From Cyanophyceae cyanobacterium (GTDB lineage Bacteria; Cyanobacteriota; Cyanobacteriia; Cyanobacteriales; Laspinemataceae): 64,000 nucleotides of DNA. Positions 62,165-64,000 of this stretch are shown here, piece by piece. The position numbers and the translations under genes are program-made. The number at the start of each line of letters is the position of its first letter. Positions within the stretch are counted from its first letter, which is position 1. Under the pieces are notes generated by a model. The model did not search any database. It was not told the origin of the DNA and worked only from the letters and a program-made list of their open reading frames with translations. Location: the NCBI GenBank assembly GCA_038321985.1, contig JBBQFN010000009.1:32001-96000 (forward strand), read 5' to 3'.

Positions 62165-63331
62165 TTACAAATGTTGCTGCAAGAATTTTTCCAATCTATC
62201 CAATCCCTTCTCAAGGGTGGGTAAATCCGTAGCATAAGATAAGCGGATGCAATCATCATCACCAAAGGCAATTCCCGGAATCGCCGCCACCTGGTGAGAG
62301 TCAAGTAAGGCATCGCAGAATTCCAGAGATTTCATGCCGGTTTTAGAGATATTCACGAACACATAAAAAGCCCCTTGCGGTTCGGGACAACTGATTCCCA
62401 ACATTCCCCGAATTCGGTCCAAAACGACCAGACGCCGCATGGCAAAGGATTGGCGCATTTCTTCCACACAATCTTGGGACGATTCCAAGGCGGCGATCGC
62501 TCCATATTGGGCAAAGGTACAGACATTGGAGGTACTATGACTTTGAATGGTACTCGCCGCCTCAATCAACGCCGCATCCGCTGCCAAATACCCAATCCGC
62601 CAACCTGTCATCGAGTATGCCTTAGCAAACCCATTACTAATAATCGTGCGTTTGAACACTTCTTCTGAAACCGCACCGATACTCAGATGCTCGACGTTAT
62701 CATAGAGGATTTTTTCGTAAATCTCATCGGAGACTACTAAAATATCCTTTTCTACCACCACCTCGGCTAAGGCACGAATTTCGTCCGGGGAATACACCAT
62801 CCCTGTGGGATTCGAGGGGGAGTTGAAAACGAATAGTTTCGTTTTTGGCGTACAAGCGCCTCGCAGTTGGTCCGGGGTAATTTTATATCCACTTTCGGCA
62901 CTGGTGGAGACTATCACCGGGACACCTGCGGCTAAGGTCACCATTTCTGGGTAACTTAACCAGTAGGGTGCCGGGATAATCACCTCATCCCCGGGGTCGA
63001 GGAGTGCCAGCATGAGATTAAATAGAGAATGCTTACCGCCATTGGTAACGATGATATTTTTCGCGGAATAGTCGAGATGGTTATCGGTTTTGAGCTTCCG
63101 GGCGATCGCTTCTCGTAACTGCGGTTCACCGGCAGCAGGACCATATTTGGTTTTGCCTGCATTCAAGGCTTGAACTGCCGCGATTTTGATATGGGTTGGG
63201 GTATCAAAATCTGGTTCACCCGCACTAAAACTACAAACATCTATCCCGTCGGCTTTCATCGCCTTAGCTTTGGCGGCGATTGCCAAGGTCAGGGATGGCG
63301 TTACCTGTCCAACTCGTGCTGCCAACTTCAT
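62165..63331 (-). CDS. aspC: PLP-dependent aspartate aminotransferase (class I)
   Basis: [30 protein letters not shown]. Confidence 0.88.
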   Translation of the reverse strand: MKLAARVGQVTPSLTLAIAAKAKAMKADGIDVCSFSAGEPDFDTPTHIKIAAVQALNAGKTKYGPAAGEPQLREAIARKLKTDNHLDYSAKNIIVTNGGKHSLFNLMLALLDPGDEVIIPAPYWLSYPEMVTLAAGVPVIVSTSAESGYKITPDQLRGACTPKTKLFVFNSPSNPTGMVYSPDEIRALAEVVVEKDILVVSDEIYEKILYDNVEHLSIGAVSEEVFKRTIISNGFAKAYSMTGWRIGYLAADAALIEAASTIQSHSTSNVCTFAQYGAIAALESSQDCVEEMRQSFAMRRLVVLDRIRGMLGISCPEPQGAFYVFVNISKTGMKSLEFCDALLDSHQVAAIPGIAFGDDDCIRLSYATDLPTLEKGLDRLEKFLQQHL

Positions 63332-63412
63332 TTGCGTACTTCAACTGAGAATAAATTTAAGGATATGCTTCGCTCAGAATATCCTACTCTACCCACTACC
63401 CGGAAAACGATG

Positions 63413-64000
63413 TCAGGCGATCGTGACATCCTCGGACAGATAAACGTCTTGGATGGCATGAAACAATTTGACCCCTTCCTCAAAGGGACGTTGGAATGCT
63501 TTACGCCCGGAAATCAACCCACAACCCCCGGCGCGCTTGTTAATCACCGCTGTCCGCACCGCTTGGACAAAGTCGTTTTCCCCGGAGAAATTGCCCCCGG
63601 AATTAATCAATCCAGCACGCCCTGCATAGCAGTTGAGCACTTGATACCGGGTCATGTCAATCGGGTGGTCCGAACTTAATTCGCTCTCTACTCGCTTGTC
63701 GGTGCGTCCGTATTTTTGGCCCAGGGCTTTGGAAACGGCGTCATAGCCGCCATTGCATTCCGCTTGTTTCTGTTTGATGATATCAGCTTGAATGGTGACG
63801 CCGAGGTGATTGGCTTGCCCGGTGAGGTCGGCGGCGAGATGATAGTCTTGGTCTTGTTTAAAGGCGTTATTTCTCAGATAACACCAGAGAATGGTAGCCA
63901 TTCCATATTCATGGGCTTGGGCAAAGGCGGCGCTGACTTCCTGGATCTGCCGGGTGGATTCCGGGGAACCAAAGTAAATGGTCGCACCCACGGCAACAGC
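63413..64000 (-). CDS. fbaB: Class I fructose-bisphosphate aldolase, C-terminal part (gene begins beyond window)
   Basis: [38 protein letters not shown]. Confidence 0.92.
   Translation of the reverse strand, partial: AVAVGATIYFGSPESTRQIQEVSAAFAQAHEYGMATILWCYLRNNAFKQDQDYHLAADLTGQANHLGVTIQADIIKQKQAECNGGYDAVSKALGQKYGRTDKRVESELSSDHPIDMTRYQVLNCYAGRAGLINSGGNFSGENDFVQAVRTAVINKRAGGCGLISGRKAFQRPFEEGVKLFHAIQDVYLSEDVTIA

Noticed and set aside
1..64000. Short ORFs overlapping or antisense to well-supported genes; high HIP1 density
   Set aside because: The ORFs are shadows without motifs, and HIP1 over-representation is an established cyanobacterial trait.

Overview
Chromosomal window from a HIP1 (GCGATCGC)-rich cyanobacterium; gene and repeat style suggest a filamentous Oscillatoriales-like strain (inference). 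Most of it is housekeeping: mutS2, bioU, pilB-pilT-pilC, a P-type ATPase, recJ, ctpB, psb28, trxA, Yfr1-guaB, a peptide ABC transporter, an adenylate cyclase, three hybrid histidine kinases, an aspartate aminotransferase and a class I aldolase. Two accessory islets stand out. The first (about 10.0-14.9 kb) holds a Uma2 gene, a 55-bp HIP1-containing repeat array bracketing a translationally coupled small-protein plus clan-AA-protease cassette, a flippase-like gene truncated at that repeat, a RelE/HigB remnant, an AT-rich AIPR gene split by one in-frame TAG, and a decayed conserved gene. The second (about 43.9-45.2 kb) holds a Uma2 gene and a PIN toxin-antitoxin pair whose toxin also has one in-frame TAG. 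The best unannotated signal is a self-contained ~50-nt sRNA candidate at 8638-8686, with a sigma70-type promoter and an intrinsic terminator; its 5' end resembles NsiR1 as I recall it. No tRNA, rRNA, CRISPR array or intact transposase was seen. Family assignments come from motif recognition only; no searches were run.
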